This document shows, one piece after another, positions 28,673 to 38,800 of a stretch of DNA of 64,000 nucleotides (the stretch's first letter is position 1; every line of letters begins with the position of its first letter). The notes beneath the pieces are model-generated. The model was not told the DNA's origin. It did no database searches and worked only from the letters and a program-made list of their open reading frames with translations. Source of the stretch: Roseibacillus sp. (GTDB lineage Bacteria; Verrucomicrobiota; Verrucomicrobiia; Verrucomicrobiales; Akkermansiaceae); NCBI GenBank assembly GCA_965242925.1, contig CBDEUM010000012.1, forward strand, positions 160,001 through 224,000. Direction: 5' to 3'. The position numbers were made by a program, and so were the translations under genes.

Positions 28673-30090
28673 TCCCTGGTCTTTTCGGCAAAAAGCCGCT
28701 GCATGGAGTCGAGATACTCCGAAACCGGGCCTTGATGACGGCGGGGTTTGGTTTGCAGTTTCTCCTTCAATTCGACAAAGCTCTCGAAGTCGCCCGTGAG
28801 TTGCTTTGAGTTGGTGATACGGTACCACTCAAGGTAGTCGCGAGCCCGGTTCCCAAGGGAACGAAGCCGCTCGCGTTCCTGGGCAAGTTCCTGCAGACGC
28901 TCCCCAATCTGCTCATCCCGGTCTGAGGCAATCTCACCCAGAAGAGTGAGATACTCCACTAACACCGGCCGATGGGACGGGAAGGCACGATACAGGAACT
29001 GCCCGCCCCGTTCCACCACCGGGCGAATGGAAGCCTGCCGTTGCTTGAGAGGGAGCGCGAGGAGATCGCGGAACTGATCGGTCCCAACTTCGATCAGATT
29101 CCCGGAGGGATCATTGAAACGCACCACCAGAAGAGCCTGCAACTCCTTCTCCGTCTCCCCGATGGTGAGGACATGGGGAAACGGCTTCTCGGCCATCTGT
29201 GCCAACTGGAGGGCCCACCACTTGGAAAAGCTCTCGGGGCCCAGGTTCATGCCCGGAAAATGCTTCATCAGCAGCGCCATCTCATCCCCCTCAAAGGTGG
29301 ACAGTTCGCGAAGCATTGTCCGCATCGACTTCCGCCCGCCATTCTGCTCAAGGAGGGACATGACCAGTGCCCCGGAAGAAGCCCGGAAGGCCGCCCGTGC
29401 AATCGAATCCATCTCCTCAAGCGGTCTCATCTCAAGGAGTTTCTTCACGGGGTAGAGTTCATTCTTCCTGAAGAGGGCCGCATAGAGAGCGTGCTCGCGC
29501 TCGCCACGCTTCCAGCGAAAACTCTCAAGCATACCCTCCACCAGCCAGCCCGGAACACCCAACGATCCCACCGCCTCATCTCCCCTCCCCCGCAATCCAT
29601 ACTCGATCAGGAGGAGCTCCAGGAGGGCAGGTTCCAAGCCAACGGGCTTTCCCCGGGCCAGGAACACATCGAGTTGCAGGCGGTAGCCTCCAGGCACATG
29701 AAAAAAGTTCGTCTTCATGGGGGACTCACCTTCACGAAGCTGGATCGCAATGGCATGTTCCCATCCCTCCTCGTCCTTCCCGATCGTCTCCAGAAGAGCC
29801 CCCCGGGTGCTTTCCGCTACCGAGGCGATGGCCCCCCGGGTGACGAAGTCGGCCCCGTGTACCACGAACTGCCGCGATTCACTCTCGGTCCGCTGAGAGG
29901 GAGCCTTGGACTCCTCCTCACCCACCAGTTCCAATGCGATGGAAGGAGCAGGCTGTGGGGCGGCCTCCGGGATGACTTCCCCCGGGCGCTCCGGCAGCGG
30001 GTCGGGGCGCACCTCTCCCTGACCCAGGGCAATGACCGAGATGCCGAATATCCACGGGGCACTGGCCAGACCTGGACGGAAATACTTCAC
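28669..30090 (-). CDS. Exported hypothetical protein, possible degenerate gluzincin
   Basis: Signal-like N-terminus; VPGWLVEGM motif; no HExxH. Confidence 0.7.
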   Translation of the reverse strand: MKYFRPGLASAPWIFGISVIALGQGEVRPDPLPERPGEVIPEAAPQPAPSIALELVGEEESKAPSQRTESESRQFVVHGADFVTRGAIASVAESTRGALLETIGKDEEGWEHAIAIQLREGESPMKTNFFHVPGGYRLQLDVFLARGKPVGLEPALLELLLIEYGLRGRGDEAVGSLGVPGWLVEGMLESFRWKRGEREHALYAALFRKNELYPVKKLLEMRPLEEMDSIARAAFRASSGALVMSLLEQNGGRKSMRTMLRELSTFEGDEMALLMKHFPGMNLGPESFSKWWALQLAQMAEKPFPHVLTIGETEKELQALLVVRFNDPSGNLIEVGTDQFRDLLALPLKQRQASIRPVVERGGQFLYRAFPSHRPVLVEYLTLLGEIASDRDEQIGERLQELAQERERLRSLGNRARDYLEWYRITNSKQLTGDFESFVELKEKLQTKPRRHQGPVSEYLDSMQRLFAEKTRD

Positions 30091-30201
30091 AAGGAAAAGG
30101 AAGCACCCTCATGCCCCAGAACCCTCTCCATTGCAAGGAGCCAGGCGATCAAGTCGTTCCCTCCCCAGGGACAGCACCCTTCACGGAATGATTCGCCCGC
30201 C

Positions 30202-31003
30202 TTATTCGGCGAACCGGACTGACAGACTACCATCAGTCTTCCTGAGGGGGGGCTCTTCCGGTGGGGACAGCTCCATTACACCGTCCGAAACCTTGATCTG
30301 AAACTTGCCGCGGAACATGTCCCACACCTGCTTGGTCTCCTCAGCGTAGGCTTCCCGGAGGGCGGTAAAGGAGGGTCCTATCAACCACACGAATCCGTTA
30401 ATCACACGGGTCCGCCCCCACCTCCCCGTCCTCTTCTTATTTAGGAGCTGCGTAGAAACCTTTCCATCTTCATCCTTGGTCTGCCGCGGAAACAGGAGCA
30501 TCGAGACCGTGTGCCGCTTGTCCCACCAGGTGATCTCTCGCTCAATGATCACCTCGATGACGCCCTCCTCCAGTTTTATCCACGCCCCACGCGCAGTGAC
30601 AAAACTCTTGAACCAGCCCTCCTGCTCGAACTTGAGAGTGCGACGGATGTAGTTGTTGATCTCTTCTTCCGTAATCCGCACCCCATGCTTGTTCTTGGCC
30701 GCATTCTCAAGAACAGTGCCAAGATTGCGTCCTCCCAACAGAGGGAGCGGGGAATCATTCCGATCCTTCTGATACCCCTCGATATCGGAGAGATCCTGAG
30801 GATCAAAGGAGAGATAGGCCAGACCCCCAATCACCACCAGGCCCAACAGAGATACAAAGAGGAGATTCTTGAAGAAGGTGCCTTTCTTGGTGGGTGGGGG
30901 CGCCTTACGCTTCTCCTTGCTCGAATCCTTGCTCGAATCCTTGCTCGAATCCTTTCCTCGTCTTCAGCCATCGCTCATCCTTGTCTTTCTCGTCTTCAGC
31001 CAT
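30202..31003 (-). pseudogene. Membrane-anchored hypothetical gene with 5' end frameshifted by a local duplication (or assembly error)
   Basis: Frame of ORF 30202-30846 extends upstream as KDSSKDSSKDSSKEKRKAPPPTKKGTFFKNLLFVSLL to an in-frame TGA; ATG 31003 (MAEDEKDKD) is out of frame. Confidence 0.55.
30914..30954. repeat. 12-bp tandem repeat, about 3.4 copies
   Basis: (TCCTTGCTCGAA)x3 + TCCTT; encodes KDSS units on the minus strand. Confidence 0.95.
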
Positions 31004-31009
31004 CGCTCA
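30957..31009. repeat. 21-bp direct repeat, two copies
   Basis: CTCGTCTTCAGCCATCGCTCA at 30957-30977 and 30989-31009. Confidence 0.95.
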
Positions 31010-31048
31010 GTGGGGAGTATTCCGTATCCCGCGGACACTGTCGAGAAA

Positions 31049-31396
31049 TCAGAGTTGGGCTGACAGGGTCACAATGTCACTCGTCCTTGGCCGCGCCACC
31101 TCCCCGCCACCGGCATCTGTCTTCGAGCCGGATGCGGAGGACTCACCTGATTTGGATTCTTTGGGCTTCGCGGCCTCCGATTCCTTCTTGGCTCCGCTCT
31201 TGTAGGACTCGCTGCGGTAGTCCGTCTCGTAAAACCCCCCTCCCTTGAAGATGATGCCAGCCCCGGTGCCCAGCAACCGTTTCACCGCTCCATCACAATC
31301 CTCCTTTGGACAGTCTTTCAGCTTCTCGTCATTCATGCTTTGGAAGTACTCGAACTCGTGTCCGCACTTCTCGCAAACGTAGTCGTAGGTCGGCAT
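31049..31396 (-). CDS. FmdB-family zinc-ribbon protein
   Basis: MPTYDYVCEKCGHEFE...CPKEDC...IFKGGGFYETDY, low-complexity tail. Confidence 0.92.
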   Translation of the reverse strand: MPTYDYVCEKCGHEFEYFQSMNDEKLKDCPKEDCDGAVKRLLGTGAGIIFKGGGFYETDYRSESYKSGAKKESEAAKPKESKSGESSASGSKTDAGGGEVARPRTSDIVTLSAQL

Positions 31397-31523
31397 GAGG
31401 GTGGGTTACAAAGCACCAAGACCGCCCCTTGGCAAGAGGGATGTCCCGTGGATCCGCTTGCATCCGCCCGAAAGGCTGGAACAATGCAGTCCCCAACCGC
31501 TCTTTCGCGAAATCCGCCAACCC

Positions 31524-33902
31524 GTGAGCCAGGAATCGAGCCAGCGCACCTCCACCTCTCCTGCTTGGAATCGTGCACTCACCCTGGCCTGGCTCGCTGG
31601 AGCCCTTGTCCTCCAGGTTCCCTTCCAGCGCATTCTCAAATTCGGACCCGGAAATCTTGGCTACAATATCCTGATGGGAGCGGCCGCCATCACCCTCGGC
31701 GTGGTGATGCTCGTCGGCCTTACCCATTTTTACCGTCGTCTTTTCGAAAACAGCTCCAACGAATATCTAGCATATCGCCTCACCCTGGGAACTCTCGGAA
31801 CTGCCAACTTCATCCTTCTCGTCACTCTGTTCCCGGTTGTTCCCTATGGCCTCTATTGGGCAGCCCTGGCCACCCTCGGCGCCTGGTTGGTCATTCTCTT
31901 CATACAGGTCTGCAACTCCCTCCGAAAACCGGGCAAGGAGCAGATCCGCCATGTCATCCCCTCCGGTATCCGGCACAAGTCCTGGCCCTTCAACGGTGCC
32001 TTCTGGGTGCTGGTTCTGGTCCTGCTTCTCGTCCGCGATCTGACTTCCTTCGCCGAGATCAAGGACAAGACCGTGTGGGAATCCCTCCTCCTCATTCTGG
32101 GCCGCGTCCTTTCCCTGGGCGGCTTCACGATGGCGGCAATCCTGATCTCCCACGCCCTTCTTGCCTTTTCCCCTCCCTGCACCCGCTGGCCGGTCATTGC
32201 TGGAATCGTTCTCATTCCTCTCGTGGTCCTGGCCGACTCCGCCGCCAACCTGTACTGGCAGCAACCCCTGGTGGATCTCGTCAACAATCTTACTCTCGAC
32301 GGCAAGTTCGATATGCGCGTGGAACTGGAGGCCGCGGGAATCAGGCAGTCCCCCCTGCAGGTCACTCTGGCCGTGCTCGGAGTAATAGCCCTCGCCAGCG
32401 GAGCCTACTTCGGTCTGCAGAGACTCTCCCGCAAATTCAATCTCCGCCTGCGCACTTCGCGAGCTGTTCTCATATTTGGCGGACTGTGGATGGGTGCGAT
32501 CCTCCAGCAGTCCCTCAGCATGGTGAGCGTGCGCAAGGAAGTCTGGCAGGCCGAGCATGCCACCTTTTCCATCCATCTGGGCCTTCTCCGGCCCGATCCC
32601 GGCCTCGAAAAACTCTCTGTTCGCTTCATCCTCACCCAAACCAAAAGTGAGGAAGAACACCTCCTGTCCGATCCCCTTCCCTCTCTCGAAAGGAAGCCTG
32701 ATATCTATATCGTGATGGTGGAGACCTGGCGCGCTGATACCGTACGTCCCCCGATCATGCCCTTCCTCTCCCGCTTCGCGAAGGAGGAGTGCCAGCAGTT
32801 TGACATCACCTTTTCCGGATCCAACTGCACCCCGGTCTCCTGGTATACCCTCTTTCACAGCAAAATTGGCATCGGCTGGCGCGACGCCCTGGGAGAGGCC
32901 GGGGAACCGGGCGGCTTCAAGGGGTCCTACCCCATCCGCCTTCTCCACAAGCTCGGCTACCGCTGCAGCGTCCGGGCGGTATGCGATCTGGCCTACAAGC
33001 AGATGTGCGACCTTAATTTCGGGACTGAGCACAAGTTTGCGGAGCAGTTTCTCGATGCCCCTTTAATTCCGGGCGGCCTCGGAATTCCGGAACGCGAAAT
33101 GGTGATTCTGGATGATCTCAAGACCCAGCTGGAAAACACGCCCAAGGGTGGCAACCTGCACTTCATCTCCCTCGACTCGGCCCACTACAACTACTACTGG
33201 CCCGACAAGGACTTCATTCCTATTCACCGGGACTGCTCCACCATCGACTTTGGTGCCCTCAAGCCCACCCCGGGACAGATCCGGGAAGTGGTCAAGCGCT
33301 ACGAAAATGCGGTGAACTGGATTGACCGGCAGATGGAGGAGTTCATCACCTATCTCAAGAAGCAGGGCCGCTACGACAACTCGATCATCATTCTGACCGG
33401 AGATCACGGGGAGGAATTCCAGGAAAACGGGGCCTGGTTCCACTGTTCCAGCCTGCGGCGGGAACAGGTCGAAGTGCCTATCATGATCCGATGGCCCGGG
33501 TGGGTGCCGAACCAGCCTCGACAGGCTCTCGTCTCCCACATGGATGTCATGCCCAGCGTCCTCGATGCGCTGGGTCTGGATCCCAAGTACTTCCAGGGGC
33601 TGGCCGGCTACTCCGTTCTGAGTGATCACCCCGGGGAAGCTCTCCTCAGCACGCGCTGGCCCGGCAAGTCCGGCATTGGCGTGTGCCTTGTGGCCGACGG
33701 AAAGAAAGCCAACTTCAAGGCTACCAAGCTCTGGCTCGACGGAATTCCGGAGACTCTGTTCTTCATGGGATGGACAGACTTCGGCGACCACCCGCTCAAT
33801 CCCCTGGAGATCCGTAGAACCCGCCACTGCCGCGATACCCTCCAGGATCAATACCCGCACTCCATCGAGCGTCATTTTGACCGATTTCAGGTGGCCGAGT
33901 GA
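31524..33902 (+). CDS. Membrane-bound alkaline-phosphatase-superfamily protein (YejM/LtaS-like)
   Basis: Multiple N-terminal TMs; VMVETWRAD, SGSNCT, TGDHGEEF, SHMDVMPS; GTG start 31524 inferred. Confidence 0.8.
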   Translation: MSQESSQRTSTSPAWNRALTLAWLAGALVLQVPFQRILKFGPGNLGYNILMGAAAITLGVVMLVGLTHFYRRLFENSSNEYLAYRLTLGTLGTANFILLVTLFPVVPYGLYWAALATLGAWLVILFIQVCNSLRKPGKEQIRHVIPSGIRHKSWPFNGAFWVLVLVLLLVRDLTSFAEIKDKTVWESLLLILGRVLSLGGFTMAAILISHALLAFSPPCTRWPVIAGIVLIPLVVLADSAANLYWQQPLVDLVNNLTLDGKFDMRVELEAAGIRQSPLQVTLAVLGVIALASGAYFGLQRLSRKFNLRLRTSRAVLIFGGLWMGAILQQSLSMVSVRKEVWQAEHATFSIHLGLLRPDPGLEKLSVRFILTQTKSEEEHLLSDPLPSLERKPDIYIVMVETWRADTVRPPIMPFLSRFAKEECQQFDITFSGSNCTPVSWYTLFHSKIGIGWRDALGEAGEPGGFKGSYPIRLLHKLGYRCSVRAVCDLAYKQMCDLNFGTEHKFAEQFLDAPLIPGGLGIPEREMVILDDLKTQLENTPKGGNLHFISLDSAHYNYYWPDKDFIPIHRDCSTIDFGALKPTPGQIREVVKRYENAVNWIDRQMEEFITYLKKQGRYDNSIIILTGDHGEEFQENGAWFHCSSLRREQVEVPIMIRWPGWVPNQPRQALVSHMDVMPSVLDALGLDPKYFQGLAGYSVLSDHPGEALLSTRWPGKSGIGVCLVADGKKANFKATKLWLDGIPETLFFMGWTDFGDHPLNPLEIRRTRHCRDTLQDQYPHSIERHFDRFQVAE

Positions 33903-33948
33903 CGCCTCTCCTGCTCGAATCCAGCCCCACCCCGAATCCCGATCTGGC

Positions 33949-34920
33949 ATGAATCGTTTTTTCACCCTGTTTCTCATCTGCACCGTTCCGGCACTTCCCG
34001 GGTCCGCCTTTGCGAAAGAAAAGGTCGTCAGGGTTTTCATCCTGGCCGGACAATCGAACATGGAAGGCCACGGCCGCATCGCCGGGGAACAGAAAGGAAC
34101 CCTTGAGACCGTCTCCCGGGACCCTGCCACCGCAAGCCGCTATCGGCACCTGCACAGGAACGGCAAGTGGATCACCAGGAAGGATGTGTGGATCACCTGG
34201 CTCGACCGAAAGGGCAAACTGGGGGTGGGAGGTTGGGCTGCCAAGGGGGCCATCGGTCCCGAACTGGGCTTCGGCTGGATGGTGGGCGACTTCCTCGACG
34301 ACCCCGTCCTCCTCCTGAAGTTCGGACCGGGTGGAACCAGCCTGGCCGGACCCTGGCGCCCCCCCAGCTCCGGACCCCACCCCGGTGGCAAGCCACGGGG
34401 AGACGACATCGGCAGTCAGTACGATTACCTCATCGCAAGCGTGAAACAGCGCATGGTCAACCTGGCAACGGAGTTCCCGGAACTGGCAGATCACCGCCCC
34501 CAACTCGCGGGCTTCGGCTGGCACCAGGGATGGAATGACGGCTGCAGCAAACCTGACTGCCTCGAATACGAAACGAACCTGGCTCATTTCATCCGCGATG
34601 TGCGCAAGGCCCTCAACTCTCCCGGCCTGCCCTTCGTTATCGCGGGAAGTGGATTTGGCGGATGGGAACAGAAGATTGACCGCCGTCTCATGATCATGAA
34701 GGCACAGGAAGCCATCGCCAAACACGACGAATTCAAGGGTGACACCCGCTATGTGGAAACGCGGAGCTTCTTCCGCGATGGCCCCGTCTCTCCCCGCCCC
34801 ATCCGTTACCACTGGTGTTGCAATGCCGAGAGTTACTGGTTGATCGGGGAGGGGATGGGCCGGGCCATGGTAGAACTGCTGGGCGGGCCCAAGGCTCCCC
34901 CTAATGCTGCCGGGCCCTGA
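33949..34920 (+). CDS. Secreted SASA/sialate O-acetylesterase-family SGNH esterase
   Basis: Signal peptide; FILAGQSNMEG, GPELGFG, WHQGWND. Confidence 0.85.
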   Translation: MNRFFTLFLICTVPALPGSAFAKEKVVRVFILAGQSNMEGHGRIAGEQKGTLETVSRDPATASRYRHLHRNGKWITRKDVWITWLDRKGKLGVGGWAAKGAIGPELGFGWMVGDFLDDPVLLLKFGPGGTSLAGPWRPPSSGPHPGGKPRGDDIGSQYDYLIASVKQRMVNLATEFPELADHRPQLAGFGWHQGWNDGCSKPDCLEYETNLAHFIRDVRKALNSPGLPFVIAGSGFGGWEQKIDRRLMIMKAQEAIAKHDEFKGDTRYVETRSFFRDGPVSPRPIRYHWCCNAESYWLIGEGMGRAMVELLGGPKAPPNAAGP

Positions 34921-35002
34921 TCCGCCCGGGCACGGGCATCAATCGGATCAAGGCATCTTCCCCGCGGCTTGCCTCTTGCCGTTCCTCTGCTTGGATGACC
35001 GG

Positions 35003-35782
35003 GTGCTGATCACCCTGACTACCGACTTCGGAACCAGCGACTGGTTTACAGGCTCCATGAAGGGTGTGATCTCAGGGATTGCCCCGGCCACCCGCATTAT
35101 TGATATCACGCACCAGATCCCCCCTGGTGATCTGGTTGACGGAGCCTTCACCCTGGCTGCCTCAACGCCCTACTTCCCTGCCGGCACGATCCACGTCGCA
35201 GTGGTCGACCCGGGAGTGGGGAGTGCCCGCCGGGCCATCACCCTGCGCACCCGGCACGCCATTTTCATCGGCCCCGATAACGGGGTGCTCTCCTGGGCCG
35301 TAAGGGAACAGCAGATCGAGGAAATCCGGGTCCTCAATAATGAGGACTGGTTCCTTGAACCCGTAAGTCACACTTTCCACGGGCGCGACATCTTCGCCCC
35401 TGCTGCCGCCCGCCTTGCAACCGGTGCCAGCTTCGATGAAGCAGGAGATACGATTGAGGATTTCGTGCGTCTCCCCTGGCCGGAAGTGGTGGAAGGGGAC
35501 AACGAGGTGCGGGGCGAAGTTGTCCACATCGATCGCTTCGGCAATGCCATTTCCAATCTGCCCGCCTCCGTCTTCCCCCGGGATCTGCTGGATAGCGGAG
35601 GCATCACCACAATGTGCGGCGGACGCCCCGCTCCGCTCCATCATTCCTATATGGACGTAAACCTCGGCAAGCCTCTTGCCCTCCTGGGATCAAGCGACCT
35701 CCTCGAACTCGCCATCAATGGCGATGACTTCGCCGAACAGAATGGTATTGAAGTAGGCTCGCCCGTACATGCCAGATGGTAA
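35003..35782 (+). CDS. DUF62 SAM hydroxide adenosyltransferase (chlorinase/fluorinase superfamily)
   Basis: ITLTTDFG, VVDPGVG, GPDNG, TFHGRDIF, IDRFGN. Confidence 0.92.
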   Translation: MLITLTTDFGTSDWFTGSMKGVISGIAPATRIIDITHQIPPGDLVDGAFTLAASTPYFPAGTIHVAVVDPGVGSARRAITLRTRHAIFIGPDNGVLSWAVREQQIEEIRVLNNEDWFLEPVSHTFHGRDIFAPAAARLATGASFDEAGDTIEDFVRLPWPEVVEGDNEVRGEVVHIDRFGNAISNLPASVFPRDLLDSGGITTMCGGRPAPLHHSYMDVNLGKPLALLGSSDLLELAINGDDFAEQNGIEVGSPVHARW

Positions 35783-35818
35783 GGGCGAGGGACCCCCGCC
35801 CGTCCTGCCATGATCCCG

Positions 35819-38800
35819 CTACTCCACGCGGGCACGGTAGAACCGCCGCTCCTGACCAGCTGCGCCGGGATCGAGTTGGGAGGTGGACGACCCCGTCGCC
35901 AGAATGCCTGACGACGCGTCAACCCAGTTCACCATGTCCGAACTCGCTTCCAGGGTGTAACTCTTGCCCGGAACACTGCTCCAGATGACCGTCAGGAATC
36001 CGGTAACCGGATTCCTGCTCAATCTGATGATCCTGAAGATGGACGAAGAATCGAGGGGGTCAGTCCCTGCCTGCACTTCCGCACCATCCAGAGACCCGTC
36101 AGAGTCGGTATCGGGATTGAGGGGATTCGTTCCTGCCAGGGCCTCATTGGTGTCACTCAAGCCATCCCCGTCAGTGTCGAGGACAACTCCCGCTCCCGGA
36201 GTTCCACCCACGATTGCACTGGCTCGCCAGTTGGCCGGGTCGTTATAGTCACCCTCGGTATCGATGACTTCGAGGGAAGGCCCCTGTCCGGCCGGCGCAA
36301 CCGGCCAGGGTGCCACCGTATCATAGTTGAAATCGTGAATGATGTTGCCTGCGTCGTCGCGCAGAACAATCTTCTCTCCGCTGTTGGACAGAGATCCCCC
36401 CGTCCACTCGCCCATGACGCGGACGGCACCTCCGTATTCCGCCTGGAAGGCGGCAGTATCGGCCACCAGCACGACATGTTCGTCAGGATCGAGAGTGAGC
36501 GCACTGAAGGTGAAGGCATCAAAGGGATCACCCCCGTCGAAACTCACCCCGTCGAGATTCAACGGAGTGTTGCCGGTGTTGACCAACTCGACGAACTCCA
36601 GAATGTTCCCTCCGGTGGGCTCATACATGAGCTCCGTAACCCGGAGATGGTTTACCGCCGGACCGGATGCCGAGGGATCGACCACCATCACATAGTCGAA
36701 CCTGAAGCGGGACGCCCGCGCGGTATCATTGGCTGCAAAAAGGCCCCCCCGGCCCATCGTGGAGGAGTCCGGTATGGAACGCGAGTAAATCGTGGTCCAG
36801 ACACCAGGCTCCAGACGTCGCTCAAAACGCAGGTTTCCGCCCTCACGCCGGATGCGAATCACCGCCGTTCCCCCGGAGTAACTCCGGTTATAGAGCTGCG
36901 TATAGGAGCCTCCGCTGGAGCGCTTGACCCGCAGGGCGTTGCCATCCTCCATGCCGAAGACATAACGTGATGAGGTTGCACCTTCCTGAACCTCCAGAAT
37001 AAGACCAGCCATGAAGTCCCCACGCTGAACCGAATCCAGCGTCATATCGGTCTGCAGCGTGAAGTCCCCACTGTCCGGAACCTCACGCCACATGACCGGG
37101 TGGGAGGGATTGGATCCGGTGAGGGGCCTGGGCGCGCTGTCCCCCAGCTTCACTATCAAATTACCCGGCCGGTCATTGAGGGAATACCACGAGCCTCCGC
37201 TGTAGTCATGACGCACCTCCATATTCTCGAGAGTCCACCAACTCTCCAGCAGGCGGTCGGTGAAGGGGCTCCAGCCGGAATCGGCATAAACAGAGACCTC
37301 CCGTACTTCCGAGGACCCTCCTCCATTGGCGTCGGAGGCGGTTACCGTGATATCGTAGAGTCCCGGATTCCCGAAGATCACTTCAGAGGTATCGACGGTG
37401 GGATTTGTCAGGGTCGCCCCAGCTTCCGGATTCACGCTCCACGAAAAGCTCAGATTCGTTCCTTCCGGATCGTAACTGCCGGTGGCATCCAGATCGAGGT
37501 CATCGACCACGGACACGTTGAAGGAGTCCGGCCTGGAATCCACATCCACCACAGGGCGGGCATTCCCGGACTTGTTCACGTTGACGGTATCGGTGTGCAC
37601 CACGTTTCCGTCGCGGTCGAGTCCCTGGATGGTGAGAGTCGTGAGACCCTGCCTGAGCTGGATCGCGTTGATCGTCCAGCTCGTTTCCGAATTGAAAACG
37701 CACTCCGCCTCCGGATGACCAAGAATCCCCACTGTAAAAACATTGTAGGGGCTGGTGCCTCTGAGGGAGAGAGTCTGTCCGCTCGTTCTGATTGTCCCAC
37801 CTCCGCCCGAAGTCACGTTGAAGGCCATGTTCAGCGCAGTCGATCCGATCGCACTGCTCCGGGCGTTGTTGGCCCGTCTGTTGTTGAAGTTGTTGTAGGT
37901 GGAGGCATTTGCCGAGTAGGAACCGGAAGCCGCCTCCTCCAGAGTGAACCAGGTGCTCAACCGTCCCGATCCGGCGGTGTAGTTGTCGACCATCTCACCA
38001 ATATAATAATTGAGACGCTGCCGGACATATGGCTTAAGAAAGAAGTTCCGCACACCCGTCAGGTTCCCGATGAACTCTGCCGAGCTACTGCCGAAGGTGA
38101 GATCAGAATCCCACTGGGCCAACTGCCACTTGCCATCGGAGTAACGCCGCAGGAAATACCCGTTCTTCCCACGGTTGCGGGTAAGAGTATCCCAATCATC
38201 GCACCACCCACGGACCGCCGCATTGGCAGCCATCAGATCAATGTCCGCCATTCGTTCAATCTCCGGCCGGGAGAACGTGTCCTGGCCGACCAATTCCACC
38301 CAGTTGATGAATGAAGAATAATCATACTCGTCCTCCCGGGAACGTTTAATCCACTCCGCATGGTAACGCTCCGGTTCACGGGTTCCCTTGTAACTCCAAT
38401 CCGCATTCCTCTGTCCCCGACTCCAACTGTCCTCAAACCACCACTCGTCGTCGATGCGGTAGAGTTCCCCTTTTTCACCCTGATCCCAGTTGCGCTTGAG
38501 AAAATCGTTGGCGTTCGGTTCCACATCTTCACGCAGAGACGCGCTGCTTCCGTTGACAATCACGCGAACAAACTCGTTCTCGTTATAGGCATGCCCGAGG
38601 AGGTAGAGCCAGTAACGGATGATCCGGTTGTGATAACCCTTGCTGCCTCCCGCATCATTGTCAATCGAGCGCCGGGTGTAACCCCGGAAACGGCGATCCC
38701 TCGGTGATTTCCACTTCGCACGCGACAGGCTCTCCCCCTCCGATCGCGTCCACGGACTCCCGCTCTTGCGGATCTCCGAGTTGTAGATGACCTCACTCTC

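Noticed and set aside
30914..31009. Repeats as a mini-CRISPR
   Set aside because: Units are 12 and 21 bp without spacers of CRISPR length; no cas genes in the window
35003..35782. Halogenase (fluorinase/chlorinase) call
   Set aside because: TFHGRD with His fits the SAM hydroxide adenosyltransferase subfamily; no biosynthetic cluster nearby
35783..35801. GC hairpin between convergent genes
   Set aside because: Short, bulged and lacking a U-tract; could be chance
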